Origin: Candidatus Latescibacterota bacterium | GTDB lineage: Bacteria; Latescibacterota; UBA2968 | Assembly: GCA_965222605.1 (NCBI GenBank) | Contig: OZ244960.1 | Span: 6,016,001 to 6,080,000, forward strand | DNA: 64,000 nt | Reading direction: 5' to 3' | In this document: piece by piece, positions 10,453 to 20,790 of the stretch | Layout of the letters: each line of letters starts with the position of its first letter | How positions within the stretch are numbered: position 1 is the first letter of the stretch | Translations under genes and position numbers: made by a program | Notes under the pieces: model-generated | Seen by the model: only the letters and a program-made list of their open reading frames with translations | Database searches by the model: none | Told to the model about the DNA's origin: nothing

Positions 10453-11195
10453 CTATTTTATTGCATATTGCATCAATTTTTCTTCGTCGATTTCAATACC
10501 CAGTCCCGGGCGGTCGGGCAGTTCGAGATAACTGCCGTTTCGGGTGAGGGATTGCTTGAGAATCTGATCGCTTTTTAGCTGGAAGCTCTGGTCGAAGTGT
10601 TCCATGATGACAAAGTTGAGAATGCCTGCCGATAGCTGAAGTTGCGCAGCGGTAGAAAGGACGTTGCCTGCGCCAACTGCAGGGGCGAGTGGGATGTCGA
10701 AGGTTTCGGCGAGGTGGGCGATGCGCTGGCTGCCCGTGATGCCTGTTCGCGCGAGGTCGGGCAGAGGACGTAGCAGGGTACGTCGAGGGCTTTGCCCGAA
10801 AGATCCCAGAGGGCGTTGTTGATGCCCGCAAGGGCGGCCGCGAGATAACCCGAGCGGTAACCTCGACCGCGCATGGTGCCGTAGGTCATGTCGTAGAGCT
10901 TTTCGCGAGCGAGCGGATTTTCGCCGATGAGAATGGGGGCAAACAGGCGATCTACGACTGCTTTGGTGGCTTCGGGAACGAGCAGGGATTGGCCTTCGCC
11001 CCATCCGACAAGGCCATTGTCGGCGGTGATTTTGACAAAGAGTGCTTCGGCATAACGCGCAGCTGCCATGTCGTCGATGGGAGGCGTTGTGTCGTAGGAG
11101 AGCGATTTGCGAGGACGCACATAATCGGGAATGTTCTCAGCGATATTGAGACGAGGTAATTTGACGACGTAGGCGTCGATTTGTTCTATTCGCAT
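10453..11195 (-). pseudogene. Mandelate racemase/enolase-superfamily gene with an internal deletion and frameshift
   Basis: N-domain (GWGE...ALWDLSGKALDVPCYVL) joins out of frame near 10762 to the C-terminal part (PDLARTGIT...PDRPGLGIEID); the catalytic barrel core is missing. Confidence 0.85.
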
Positions 11196-11233
11196 CTATG
11201 ACTCCTGTAAACCTTGCAAGATGCTTTCTCGTT

Positions 11234-12385
11234 TTATGGGTCGATCAAATTGTCGTTAATATAATCCCAGTTGAAATCAAATCCCAGACCTGGTAGCTGG
11301 GGTAGGATGACATTACCGTCGTCATCCAGGGGATCGACGATGGAATTCAAATAGGGTGGCGGAGTTTCGTAGTCGAAGTCGGGGCGTAAGAGGCCGCGTT
11401 CAAAGTATTCACAGGTTGCTTCTGTTGTTGCGCCCAGGATTTGACTGTTTGCCCATCCGCCGCCATGCATTTCACACTGAATGCCAAAAGCCTGTGCCAC
11501 ATTCACCATTTTGTATGAACCAGTAATGCCGCCAAAGTTGTCGTCGATGCGCAGCATGTCAGATGCACCCTGGAGCACCCATTCGGCGCGTGTGAAGACA
11601 CCGCCGGGAATGTGTTCTGGTGCGAGAATGGCAATGTCCAACTCGCGGGTCAATCGTCGGTATGCTTCTGTTCGCGTTTCGATCATGGGATGTTCCAGCC
11701 AGTAGTAATTCAGTTTTTCCAGTTCGCGGCCGACCCAAAGCGATTGCTCTAAAGTATAGACGCCAAAGGGGTCTAACATCAAGACCATGTCGTCGCCGAC
11801 AGCTTCGCGCACGGCCTTGCATACTTCCACGTCTTCTTTGGGAAATCCGGGCACCTGTGGGGCAGGTTCCCATGTATGTGGATTCCAGCAGATGTACGCG
11901 TGAACTTTGTAGGCTTTGTAACCCTGTTCTTTGCAGGCAAGTGCATGTGCCGCATAGTCTTCGGGTTTTCCTATGTTGGGATAAGTGCTGGCATAAGCTT
12001 TTACTTTGTCGCGAGCACCGCCGAGGATCTTGTGTACGGGCAGGTCAACCATTCTGCCCAGCAGGTCCCAAAGGGCGCAATCGACTGCGCCCATAACATG
12101 CTCGGGCAAGCTGTGACCGAAGGTGACCAACTGGTCCATCCAGTTCCAGATTGTTTCACGCGCAAGAGGATCTTCACCGATCAACATGCGCTTGATTGGA
12201 CCTTCAAGATATCGCCGGTCGCCGCCGATCATATATCCGTCAAGCCCTTCATCAGTTGCGATTTTGAAGATCGATCCGGCCGATTCTTTTTGTTCCTCTC
12301 CCCAGACGCCGTAACCCCACTTACTCGGTCGAGATCTGCCGCCTGGCGCACGGAATGTGATGACTTCGATGTCTGTAATTTTCAT
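11234..12385 (-). CDS. Mandelate racemase/muconate lactonizing enzyme family protein
   Basis: ALWDLLG, YKVH, LDP, WLEHP, PEH, EMHG, PGLG motifs. Confidence 0.9.
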   Translation of the reverse strand: MKITDIEVITFRAPGGRSRPSKWGYGVWGEEQKESAGSIFKIATDEGLDGYMIGGDRRYLEGPIKRMLIGEDPLARETIWNWMDQLVTFGHSLPEHVMGAVDCALWDLLGRMVDLPVHKILGGARDKVKAYASTYPNIGKPEDYAAHALACKEQGYKAYKVHAYICWNPHTWEPAPQVPGFPKEDVEVCKAVREAVGDDMVLMLDPFGVYTLEQSLWVGRELEKLNYYWLEHPMIETRTEAYRRLTRELDIAILAPEHIPGGVFTRAEWVLQGASDMLRIDDNFGGITGSYKMVNVAQAFGIQCEMHGGGWANSQILGATTEATCEYFERGLLRPDFDYETPPPYLNSIVDPLDDDGNVILPQLPGLGFDFNWDYINDNLIDP

Positions 12386-12423
12386 GGAATCCTCAATTCA
12401 ATTTTCTGGTTTATTGTGCAGGA

Positions 12424-13158
12424 TCAAGCCCGGGTTGTGGGGAGGGCGTTGAATCCCAAAAGTTGTCGCAGGAGCGGGGTTGCGCGGTTCATGACTTTTT
12501 TTGTTGCGAGGCTCATCTGATCCTGCTGGGTTTTGAGGATGGAACGGTTGTAAAATCCGAGCAACGCCACGCGCTCGCGGTCGGTCTGGTTTGCGCCCGA
12601 TCCATGCCAGGTTGCGCCGTTTAAGATCATGACCGAGCCTTTTGGTCCCTCGACCTGGATTTCGTCTGGATATGTTTGATCTGGTTTCGGCCTGGTGTCG
12701 AGTCTTTTGTGACTGCCGGGCACACAGCGGGTGGAGCCGTTTTTGGGATAAAAGTCGTCGAGGAACCAGACGCTGTTGGCTGAAAGCGCAAAAGAAGGTC
12801 GGGGCGTGGGCAGTGTGCCCAATGGAAAATCGATGTGCAAATTGCCTGCTGGCGTGCCGGGACCGATAATGTTGGCTGTAAATGAACTCAAGACCAGGTC
12901 TTTGCCCAGCAGATATTGCTGAGCTTCGATGATGCGCGGGTGTTGTATGGCCTGTTCAAAGACTTCGTGTTTGTTTACCAGATTCCAGACGCGACTCGCG
13001 TTTTCGAGATGGCTGTAATCTCGTCCGGCTTTGATATCTTCCTGAGCCAGTTCCAGCGCGAGGTTGCGCATGGTGTCTGCTTCATCGACGCTGATGACAT
13101 TTTCGAGAATGAGGTAGCCCTGTTCGTCGAGGTGTTGTTTTTCGCTGTCGGTGAGCAT
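12424..13158 (-). CDS. Phytanoyl-CoA dioxygenase (PhyH) family Fe/2OG oxygenase
   Basis: HxD (LHIDF), NGSTRCVPGSH, WHGSGAN, R...ALL. Confidence 0.9.
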   Translation of the reverse strand: MLTDSEKQHLDEQGYLILENVISVDEADTMRNLALELAQEDIKAGRDYSHLENASRVWNLVNKHEVFEQAIQHPRIIEAQQYLLGKDLVLSSFTANIIGPGTPAGNLHIDFPLGTLPTPRPSFALSANSVWFLDDFYPKNGSTRCVPGSHKRLDTRPKPDQTYPDEIQVEGPKGSVMILNGATWHGSGANQTDRERVALLGFYNRSILKTQQDQMSLATKKVMNRATPLLRQLLGFNALPTTRA

Positions 13159-13313
13159 AAGGTTGCCTTTTGGATGTTTTTATAATGGAGCGGGAACCGT
13201 TGCCTTCTGGGAAGATACGATAAAGGCTGAGATATTTCAAATGTTGTGGGTGGGGCCGAGCGCATCCGTGACGAGAGGAATGAGCCTGTAACCCGTAACC
13301 TGAACCCTGTCTA

Positions 13314-14744
13314 TTATGCAACGCCCCAGCCAGGATACTTATCCGGATCAGCAAACTCCTGTCCCAATTCCAAAAAGCCACGGGGGCCACGTCTGCCGTA
13401 TTCAAATGGATCTTTTGTACCTTCCATCCAACGATGCAATCTTTCTTCCATTTCTTGAAGTACTGGCCGCGCTTCAGCAGAATTCGCCAGGTTAACCATC
13501 TCGATCGGATCTTCCTGCCGGTCAAACAGCCAGGGGCCTCGCTCATTAGCAAACCAACGCGCATACGTATAGCGTTCGTTACGCACACCGCGCCAACGCC
13601 CAACCCAACCGTCGCGATTGGGCCAACCATGTGCCATATTCTGCAAATAGACAGACTCCGATCCACCAGGCGTTAACTCCGTATCTGCAGGTGCTTCACC
13701 ACCATGCCACACGCTCGAAATATCTCGCCCTTGTAAACCTTCTGGCAACGGCACGCCACAAGCACCAAGCAATGTAGGTACAATATCAATCGCACCAAAG
13801 AAAGCATCCGTTCGTGTACCAGCTTCAATAGCATCAGGCCAACGCACCACAAACGGCACATGGCAAGATTCTTCATAAGGTGTTGCCTTTGAAGCCCGCA
13901 TTGACTCGTCCAACCATCTACTACTGGGTTTGCCATACCCATGGCTTGAAAGGTGATCTCCATGATCTGATGTATAACAGACAATTGTATTGTCCTTGAC
14001 CCCTAAGCGATCCAGAGCTTCCAACAATCGCCCCATCTCTGCATCAAGTCCTGTACAACACCCGTAATAGTCTGCAAGTTCCTCATGTGCCCATGCTTTC
14101 ATCTCGTCTGGTACATTGCCCGGCACATCCATGTCCGCAGGATCATAAATATTATATTCGTCGGGATACTGCTTATATGGCCAGTGAGGAGGTCGCCAGG
14201 ACACAAAGACGGCAAATGGATCGTCTGTTCGAGCATCCAGGTGTTTTTCCATAAATTGAATAGCCAAATCCGTTTCGTTCGTTGGAGCCCAGCCTCCGTA
14301 AAAGTTCGGGCCCTCATCATTTTCGTAATAAGTTCTGTCGAAGTAGGCGCCCCGCCCTCTCCCTCCTGCCAGCGCCGCAAGATAATCCAGTCCGTACCGA
14401 TTGTCGTCGCCGTACGGCCCTTTACCCAGATGCCATGTACCCACGTGCGCAGTGCCATACCCATGCTCGCGCAAAGTGCCTGGCAACGTCGGGATATCTC
14501 GTCGCGGACTGTACTCATTATCAATCACCAAATTTTGCCAACCATACCGACCGGTTAACAAAATCGCTCGATAAGGCGAACACAGCGGGTGGTTGGAAAA
14601 CATATTGTCACACACCATTCCTTTAGCTGCCATCGCATCCAAAACAGGCGTTTTGATCACGTCATTGCCATTCGCACCCAGCGCGCTATAACGTTGCTGA
14701 TCAGAAAATACGAACAGAATATTTGGGCGTTTCTCATTACTCAT
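13314..14744 (-). CDS. Sulfatase (Cys-type, formylglycine-dependent)
   Basis: RPNILFVFSDQ, CSPYRAILLTG, SDHGD; ATG at 14744 with RBS GAAAGGA. Confidence 0.92.
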   Translation of the reverse strand: MSNEKRPNILFVFSDQQRYSALGANGNDVIKTPVLDAMAAKGMVCDNMFSNHPLCSPYRAILLTGRYGWQNLVIDNEYSPRRDIPTLPGTLREHGYGTAHVGTWHLGKGPYGDDNRYGLDYLAALAGGRGRGAYFDRTYYENDEGPNFYGGWAPTNETDLAIQFMEKHLDARTDDPFAVFVSWRPPHWPYKQYPDEYNIYDPADMDVPGNVPDEMKAWAHEELADYYGCCTGLDAEMGRLLEALDRLGVKDNTIVCYTSDHGDHLSSHGYGKPSSRWLDESMRASKATPYEESCHVPFVVRWPDAIEAGTRTDAFFGAIDIVPTLLGACGVPLPEGLQGRDISSVWHGGEAPADTELTPGGSESVYLQNMAHGWPNRDGWVGRWRGVRNERYTYARWFANERGPWLFDRQEDPIEMVNLANSAEARPVLQEMEERLHRWMEGTKDPFEYGRRGPRGFLELGQEFADPDKYPGWGVA

Positions 14745-14826
14745 GGGAATTCCTTTCATTTTACCTGCGGAAACCACGTCCTTTGGGCGTGGTCAGAGAA
14801 AATGGGCTTTGCCGTAAAAGTTGATG

Positions 14827-14854
14827 TTGACAAACATTTCATACTGATTATAGT
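14827..14854 (+). promoter_or_regulatory. sigma70-type promoter of tnpB, probably leaderless
   Basis: TTGACA-16 nt-TATAGT; ATG 8 nt downstream; no RBS. Confidence 0.6.
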
Positions 14855-14861
14855 TATCAAT

Positions 14862-15953
14862 ATGATACTTACTTTACAAATACAACTGCTACCGGATACG
14901 GACACAGCACAGAAGTTAAAAGCTACTGTTGAGCGGTTCAACGAAGCTGCCAATTGGCTTGCACCGAAGGCTTATGAGCGCAAGCTGGCAAACGGCATTG
15001 CGTTACACAAGCTATATTACTACGAGTTGCGGGCGCGATTTAGCCTTTCGTCCCAGATGGCCTGTCGCTGTATTGCCCAGGTTGTAGAGGCATATAAGCG
15101 CGACAAAGCGGTGCAACCGTCGTTTCGTCGCCATGCTGCTATGCCTTACGATCAACGCCTGTATAGCTTCAAGGGCATAGACCGGGTATCTCTGCTCACG
15201 TTGGAAGGGCGCGTGCTTGTGCCGATGCTTATGGGTAATTACCAGCGTGAGCAGTTCGGCTATGCCAAAGGACAAGCAGACCTTGTGTTGCGCAAAGACG
15301 GCAAGTGGTTCTTGCTTGTCTCTGTCGATGTTCCAGATGGCACGCCAATACCTGCTACTGATTTTATCGGCGTTGATCTCGGCGTGACGAACATCGCTGT
15401 CACCGATGATGGCGAGACTTTTTCCGGCGACACAGTTGAAAACGTCCGCCAGAAAATGCACAAGCTGAAGAAGTCGCTCCAGCAGAAGGCATCCGATAGG
15501 GTCAAGCAAGGCAAGAGACCCAAGAATGTTCGCAGAAAACTCTCTGCCATCTCTGGCCGGGAGAGCAGGTTTCGTAGAAACACCAACCATATCCTCTCTA
15601 AACGCATCGTTGAGAAGGCCAAAGACACTGGCAAAGCAATTGCTCTTGAAGACTTGAAAGGCATCCGCAAGAGCCAGACCCGGTTTCGCAAGCCTCAGCG
15701 TGCAAAGATGTCTGGATGGTCTTTCTTCCAACTTCGCACCTTTATCGAATACAAGGCCAAGCGTGCTGGTATCCACATAGAACCTGTTGACCCCAAATAT
15801 ACCAGCCAGACGTGTGCCGAATGCGGGCATTGTGAGAAAGACAATAGACCTACCCAGGCATCCTTCCTGTGCAAAGTGTGTGGTCATAAAGACCATGCCG
15901 ACCGCAACGCTGCTCGGAACATCCGAGCAAGGGCTTTGTGTCAACAAGCCTAA
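14862..15953 (+). CDS. tnpB: RNA-guided endonuclease TnpB
   Basis: RuvC D (GVDLG), E (ALEDL), D (HADRNAA); zinc finger CAECG...CKVCG; YTSQTC. Confidence 0.93.
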   Translation: MILTLQIQLLPDTDTAQKLKATVERFNEAANWLAPKAYERKLANGIALHKLYYYELRARFSLSSQMACRCIAQVVEAYKRDKAVQPSFRRHAAMPYDQRLYSFKGIDRVSLLTLEGRVLVPMLMGNYQREQFGYAKGQADLVLRKDGKWFLLVSVDVPDGTPIPATDFIGVDLGVTNIAVTDDGETFSGDTVENVRQKMHKLKKSLQQKASDRVKQGKRPKNVRRKLSAISGRESRFRRNTNHILSKRIVEKAKDTGKAIALEDLKGIRKSQTRFRKPQRAKMSGWSFFQLRTFIEYKAKRAGIHIEPVDPKYTSQTCAECGHCEKDNRPTQASFLCKVCGHKDHADRNAARNIRARALCQQA

Positions 15954-16033
15954 TGTAGCGAATCGCCCCTCTGGGTGTGACAGCTACAAGCCACCGCCTC
16001 TGGCGGTGGTAGTTGATATGGTTACAGGATGGG
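15880..16033 (+). ncRNA. Predicted TnpB omega/reRNA (scaffold to 16017 plus about 16-nt guide from the flank)
   Basis: Stems TGTAGC...GCTACA and the right-end hairpin; TnpB reRNAs overlap the gene 3' end and right end; 5' boundary is a guess. Confidence 0.55.
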
Positions 16034-16700
16034 CTTGAGCATGTTGCTCAACAAGCGGTCGGCCACAGGGTCTGTACCCAGGTTTTCGACAATGCGATGT
16101 GTGCACAGGACATATTTGCCATTGCCGTGGTCGATTTGTGTGAGATCAGCGCCGTGAAAGGCTTCGGTGACGCCGATGTAGTTCTGTTTGTGTTTGAGGC
16201 CCGCATACCAGTCGTAGGTGATGTTGCCGCCGATCCAATCGGTTTTGGGTTCTACAATGGACCACTGGGAGGAGATGTTTTGATATTCTTGTCCCATCAG
16301 GCAATTTGAGGGCAAGCCATCGTAAAAGGGGTGGTCTTTGACGACATGACTGCAAGGCGTCCACAATCCTTTGCCAGTATAGAGAGATAGTGAGAATGGG
16401 AAAAGGATATCTTTGTCGATGTAGCGAGACATACGGCTTTTTCCCGGCACCATTTTGAGAAGGTGCATGGCCGGCAGGTTGAGGAAGAGTGCTGTGCCGC
16501 CGTTTTCAACCCATGTGGCGAGATCGGTGAAGCGGGTATCGGTTTTGCCCAGCGCGAGCAGATTGTCATAATTTCTCTGTGCCATAGGCATGCCGGGATA
16601 GTTGTGTACATCGTTAATGACAATTGGCTCGTAGGAACCCGGCAGGTAAATGCTGCATCCATCGGCAAACCCGCTGGCTTCGTCGATGATCATGCGTGTG
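16022..16700 (-). pseudogene. 5'-truncated C-terminal fragment of a glycoside hydrolase (GH2-like)
   Basis: TRMIIDEASG, DVHNYPG, HPFYDGLPSNCLMGQEYQNI, DPVADRLLSNML; no start; abuts an AraC fragment on the other strand. Confidence 0.65.
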
Positions 16701-17002
16701 TGACTATTGATTCCAACCTTCATGCATCGTTGAATGTGACTGAGCTTGCCAAGGTATTGCAGGTAGGGCGCACAAAACTTTTTCTCGCATTCCGCGAGAA
16801 GTTGGGGATTACACCAGTTATGTATTTGCGTCGGGCACGCATTGCGCGGGTCAAGCAGTTGCTTGAGCACTCTGATCGCACGTTAGAAGATATTGCGCAC
16901 GCTACGGGTTTTGCGAATGTGAAGTATTTGATGAAGACATTTCGAGAATTGGAAGGAATGACTGCTGGAGAGTGGCGAAAAAAACATGTGGGGCTTCGGT
17001 GA
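16701..17002 (+). pseudogene. 5'-truncated AraC-family regulator (HTH domain only)
   Basis: LNVTELAKVL...TPVMYLRRARIARVKQLLEHSDRTLEDIAHATGFANVKYLMKTFRELEGMTAGEWRK. Confidence 0.8.
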
Positions 17003-17042
17003 CTTGACGTGAGAGGTTGGAGAAAATTGAGGTTGAAGAGAT

Positions 17043-17070
17043 AAGGCTGCGAATTATTTCGCAGCCTTTT
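17043..17070. terminator. Hairpin terminator between convergent genes; near-identical copy at 50626-50660
   Basis: AAGGCTGCGAA-ttat-TTCGCAGCCTT then TT. Confidence 0.7.
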
Positions 17071-17105
17071 ACTGATATGGACTCGCCATGCTCGCGTTCG
17101 GGAAA

Positions 17106-19124
17106 TCACGGACTGATCTGGGCGAGTACTTGCGCCGCTTCCACCGGATTTTCCAGTTTGGACGCCACTTCCTCGCGCAGCAAGCGGCGCGCCTCGGCTA
17201 CGGGGATATTTTTTTTAGAGGCCGTGCGTCCGGCGGCTCTTTTCGCGTATTCAACGAAGGCCTCCAGGGCGTCCTGATACGGTTCCTCGCGTCGAGAGAG
17301 GGGGCGGGGAAATTGCTCCAGAAACCGCTCTTCTGGCTTGTTGAGCACCCAGTGGTAATACAGGTCCAGGTCGAATGCCGGTCCTGAGGCCTGCGCCAGG
17401 GCGGCAGCCACCTCGTGGAGCGGTGCTTCCGAGGCCATGAGCGTCTTAGCCTGCTCGGCTGCGTGCCACTGCGCGCCCAAGATGAAGGTGACTTCGATGG
17501 CATCGGCAAAAAATCCGATGCGTTCCCGAACAAGTGCATCGTCACCGGCGAGTTTCAGGGCTTCGGCGAGATAGCTTCTCAGTTCGGCAATTTTCCCTGG
17601 GGTGTAGGGCGAGATGGTATTCAAGCCCGCCCCATCGACGAAGGTAAGATTTTGGCAGAGCTCGAAGTATTTCTTCATCTGCGAAGCGGCTTTGTGAAAG
17701 AAGTTCGCATAAAATGCTTCCAGTTCCTTTTCCCAGTCGTAGTCCACATTCCATAGAAGCTTGAAGTAGAAGTAGTACTTGTGGCCGTCCAGGCCCCAAT
17801 TGGGGTAGCATTCCACATAGACGCCGTTGCAACGCCGGGCGTTGGCATACCGCAGGTAGTGCGCCACGGCGGGAAAGCTCATGTTCGGGGCGGCCTTCCG
17901 ATTCCGGCCGAAGTACCAGTCATAGAGGGCATAGGAGGCGAAATTTTCGCCGAACCGGTTGATGGCATTTTGCCACTTTTGCAGATTGGGCCAGGGCATG
18001 AGCGGTGCCTTCCAGCGCTCGACATCTACGAGTCCGTCTCTGCCCTGTTCACCCAGATCCATGGATTTGTTGACGAGGAAGGGATAGAGACTTGGCTCGA
18101 TCTCCATGTTTTCAGGTACGCCCAAGGTGCCAGCATACCCCAGGTATCCCAGGTACCGATCGGGGAATTCGTCGCGCACCTGGCGGGCCACCTGGTTTGC
18201 AAAGGTGAGGAAATAACGCGCGTACTGATCGCCGTGCCCGATGGCCTCGGGACTTTTCGCTTCGGCATAGAGGGCTTTGCAGTCTTCGCACTGGCACCAG
18301 TTTCTGTTGTCGTTCATGCCGATGCCCACGGCGGCGGTGCCCTCTTGAAACTGCTTATGGGCCCACCCGGCCGCGATGTCTGCGGCTTTGGGGTGGAGCA
18401 GGCAGACCTGCCACTGCCTGGCTTTGGGATCCGTCTCAGGATCGGGTTTTACCCGCGTGCCGTCCCTTTTCATGCTGTACAGATCGGGATATTCCTCTGC
18501 GTATTCTTTGGGATCGAAGATCTGGTGGAAGGTGTGCTGCTGCATCTTGCGAAAGGACGGGTCGGTGGACTGCCGCAGGCGGGGATGCACCAGGGCGCTG
18601 CCCACGCGCCATCGGAAGCTGGGGCGTTGAACTTCGTTGAAGGTCGGCACGTCGATGGATGACAGCTTCGGCACATGGGTGCCGAACGCCTGCGGCATGT
18701 ACCAGCGCACTCCGGCGCATCGCTCCAGAAATTCTTGGCAGCCCCACCGGGTCGAAACATCGCTCTTTCCCAGGATGGCAAGCGTATTGCCCCGAACTTT
18801 CAGGGCGAAGGCGTCCGGTAGCGTTTCCTCGTCGAGCATGTCGCCGATGATCTTCTTTGCCTCGGGCGTGGCACCCACGTGAATTCGAGGAGCGTCTTCG
18901 GGTACCGGTTGGGAGGGTTTTCCCACGATGAGTCGGACCTGGAGGCTGGCCGCTTTCCACAGGTAGGTTACGATGTCCTGGGCACCTGCGCGTTCGCCTT
19001 CGGACGGTTTATCAGGCACAAAGACGTAAGCCGGGTTGTGAAATGCCGTGCTCGGGGATTCTGCGGCGATGACCGATGCCAGAATCAGGAGGATAGCAAT
19101 GCAGAAGATCCAATTCATTTTCAA
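17106..19124 (-). CDS. Secreted DUF4838-like protein (GH20/GH67-like N-domain)
   Basis: Signal peptide; GVRWYMP, PSFRWR, HTFHQ, CQCEDC, YLGY motifs. Confidence 0.7.
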   Translation of the reverse strand: MKMNWIFCIAILLILASVIAAESPSTAFHNPAYVFVPDKPSEGERAGAQDIVTYLWKAASLQVRLIVGKPSQPVPEDAPRIHVGATPEAKKIIGDMLDEETLPDAFALKVRGNTLAILGKSDVSTRWGCQEFLERCAGVRWYMPQAFGTHVPKLSSIDVPTFNEVQRPSFRWRVGSALVHPRLRQSTDPSFRKMQQHTFHQIFDPKEYAEEYPDLYSMKRDGTRVKPDPETDPKARQWQVCLLHPKAADIAAGWAHKQFQEGTAAVGIGMNDNRNWCQCEDCKALYAEAKSPEAIGHGDQYARYFLTFANQVARQVRDEFPDRYLGYLGYAGTLGVPENMEIEPSLYPFLVNKSMDLGEQGRDGLVDVERWKAPLMPWPNLQKWQNAINRFGENFASYALYDWYFGRNRKAAPNMSFPAVAHYLRYANARRCNGVYVECYPNWGLDGHKYYFYFKLLWNVDYDWEKELEAFYANFFHKAASQMKKYFELCQNLTFVDGAGLNTISPYTPGKIAELRSYLAEALKLAGDDALVRERIGFFADAIEVTFILGAQWHAAEQAKTLMASEAPLHEVAAALAQASGPAFDLDLYYHWVLNKPEERFLEQFPRPLSRREEPYQDALEAFVEYAKRAAGRTASKKNIPVAEARRLLREEVASKLENPVEAAQVLAQISP

Positions 19125-19164
19125 GCTCCTTTCTTAACTTGAGCAAAGGACATATCGGTATGGG

Positions 19165-19407
19165 TTACGCCGTATAGATGGCGTAAAGTCTGGGAGAGTC
19201 GTGATAGGTTGTGCTGCAATCCGGGCTGTGCAACTTAGCGCGGACCTGGATGGTGCGTCCGCCCAGCGTCAATGTTTTGTCTTCCAGGCGCATTAGCGGG
19301 TTGCCGGCATATTTGAAAGCTTCTTCGCGCACCAGCGAAGTGCGCGTTTCGGAAGCGACGAGATTGGTGTCAACCATTAAAAGGGCGTGAGGGTCCCAGA
19401 TCATCAA
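19165..19407 (-). pseudogene. Short gene remnant (N-terminus of a propeller-type hypothetical protein)
   Basis: RBS AAAGGA; LLMVD...KYAGNPLM resembles the N-termini of such proteins, then the ORF ends at 80 aa. Confidence 0.4.
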
Positions 19408-19418
19408 AAATCCTTTCT

Positions 19419-20765
19419 TCAGGTTTCAAAGGTCCAGGTCTCGGGCATTGCCTCTGAGTACCGGAGTTCAGCGTAGTGAATCCCACCTGCGGCCATGGCC
19501 GCTTCGGTCAGCGGTGCTTCGCCGGGCTGTGGGTCGGCGGTCATTTGCCGGTCAATGGTGCGGAAGATGAGCAACTGCCGGTCGCCCTGATGGGGACAGA
19601 GTTTGGCCATGTCTGCGAAGGGGTTGGGGAACGGAATGCCTTCGGCGCGCAGATCCACAACTACCCGGGGCTCGGAATAGGCGAAAGTTTCGGGATCCAC
19701 TTCAAAGACATAGAGAGGATTGCGCTTGTCATTATAAGGCGAGCGTTTCCTGTCGTTGATGAACAGCCGCAGGACCCCATCCGCACAACGGAAGCTGTGG
19801 CGCGGGCACACGCTGCCGGTGCGCACGACCGGTTCTCCGAGACCCGAGAACGGATCGTCAGTGCGATACCAGACGGTGCCGGCCTCAATGTTGAAGCTTC
19901 GGGCGGCTACGACCCAATAGCTATTGAAGCGGCTGATGCTGGTTTCTCCGACCACTCGGCCCGGAATAAGGATCAGGGGGCCGGTGCGTGTCCATTCGAA
20001 GAGCCTGGTCTGCGCGTTCCATGTGTACGCCACCGGTGCCACTCGACCCTGTGTTCTCTTTTGACCGGGTAGCGATCCAAAGGTCTCGCAGGCCACCCAC
20101 GCCGTGCAGGTATCGTTCGTCGGTACCGGAGGCGTCATTGCGTGGTTCATAAACTGTGCCTCATCCAGGCTGCAGAAAGCTTCACCACTCTTGTAGCCCT
20201 TTTGCCGGAGTTGCTGCGGGGGTAGCAAAACTTCGATGTCGTCTTCCGCATCGTTCAGCCGGAACTGCATCCACTCCACCCGCAACAGTAGCCGGTTGAT
20301 CTCGGGCCCTTCCGGCCACAGGTCCTGATGCGTGTTGGACTGCAACAGCCTGCCGTCTTGCTCCAGCAGCGCCCGGCGATACCATTTTACCGCAAAGACG
20401 TTCTGGTTGGGCATCGGTTTCCCATTCCGCGTCGCCCCTTTGGGCACGCCGAAGGCCATCGGCATTCCATGCGCCTTCCTCAGCGAGAACCCCAGATCCA
20501 GAGGGTCCCACCGGCTCAGGTACTGTGCAACCATGCCTTCTTTTAGCACAGGCCCATCCGGCGATTCCTCTCTCAACTGGTACACAATGCTCCGCACGGC
20601 GTCCCAACCGTTCGGATCCAGCGTAGAGAAAAACAGAAGCCAGCGATTCCGGCTTACGCGCAGGGCACCGGTGCCGTGGGCCGGAATGACACCATCTGAT
20701 TTACGCTCTCCAGGGATCGAGAGATCAGTTGCAAGTGGGCCTTTGTAGCAAATGCTTTTGAGCAT
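19419..20765 (-). CDS. Hypothetical protein, possibly a beta-propeller hydrolase
   Basis: 448-aa ORF with RBS AAAGGA, co-oriented with the TonB receptor cluster. Confidence 0.7.
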   Translation of the reverse strand: MLKSICYKGPLATDLSIPGERKSDGVIPAHGTGALRVSRNRWLLFFSTLDPNGWDAVRSIVYQLREESPDGPVLKEGMVAQYLSRWDPLDLGFSLRKAHGMPMAFGVPKGATRNGKPMPNQNVFAVKWYRRALLEQDGRLLQSNTHQDLWPEGPEINRLLLRVEWMQFRLNDAEDDIEVLLPPQQLRQKGYKSGEAFCSLDEAQFMNHAMTPPVPTNDTCTAWVACETFGSLPGQKRTQGRVAPVAYTWNAQTRLFEWTRTGPLILIPGRVVGETSISRFNSYWVVAARSFNIEAGTVWYRTDDPFSGLGEPVVRTGSVCPRHSFRCADGVLRLFINDRKRSPYNDKRNPLYVFEVDPETFAYSEPRVVVDLRAEGIPFPNPFADMAKLCPHQGDRQLLIFRTIDRQMTADPQPGEAPLTEAAMAAGGIHYAELRYSEAMPETWTFET

Positions 20766-20790
20766 GGAAGGTTCCTTTCGAAAGACCTAT

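Larger units (their letters stand above)
14764..16017 (+). mobile_element. IS200/IS605-family element carrying tnpB only (IS1341-like, non-autonomous)
   Basis: Left-end hairpin CCACGTCC-ttt-GGGCGTGG (14774-14792); right-end hairpin CCACCGCC-tct-GGCGGTGG followed by TAGTTGAT (to 16017); no tnpA, no target duplication; left boundary uncertain by a few nt. Confidence 0.8.

Noticed and set aside
14589-14861. N-terminal extension of the TnpB ORF (454-aa call)
   Set aside because: It overlaps the sulfatase start, IS left end and promoter; the real start is ATG 14862
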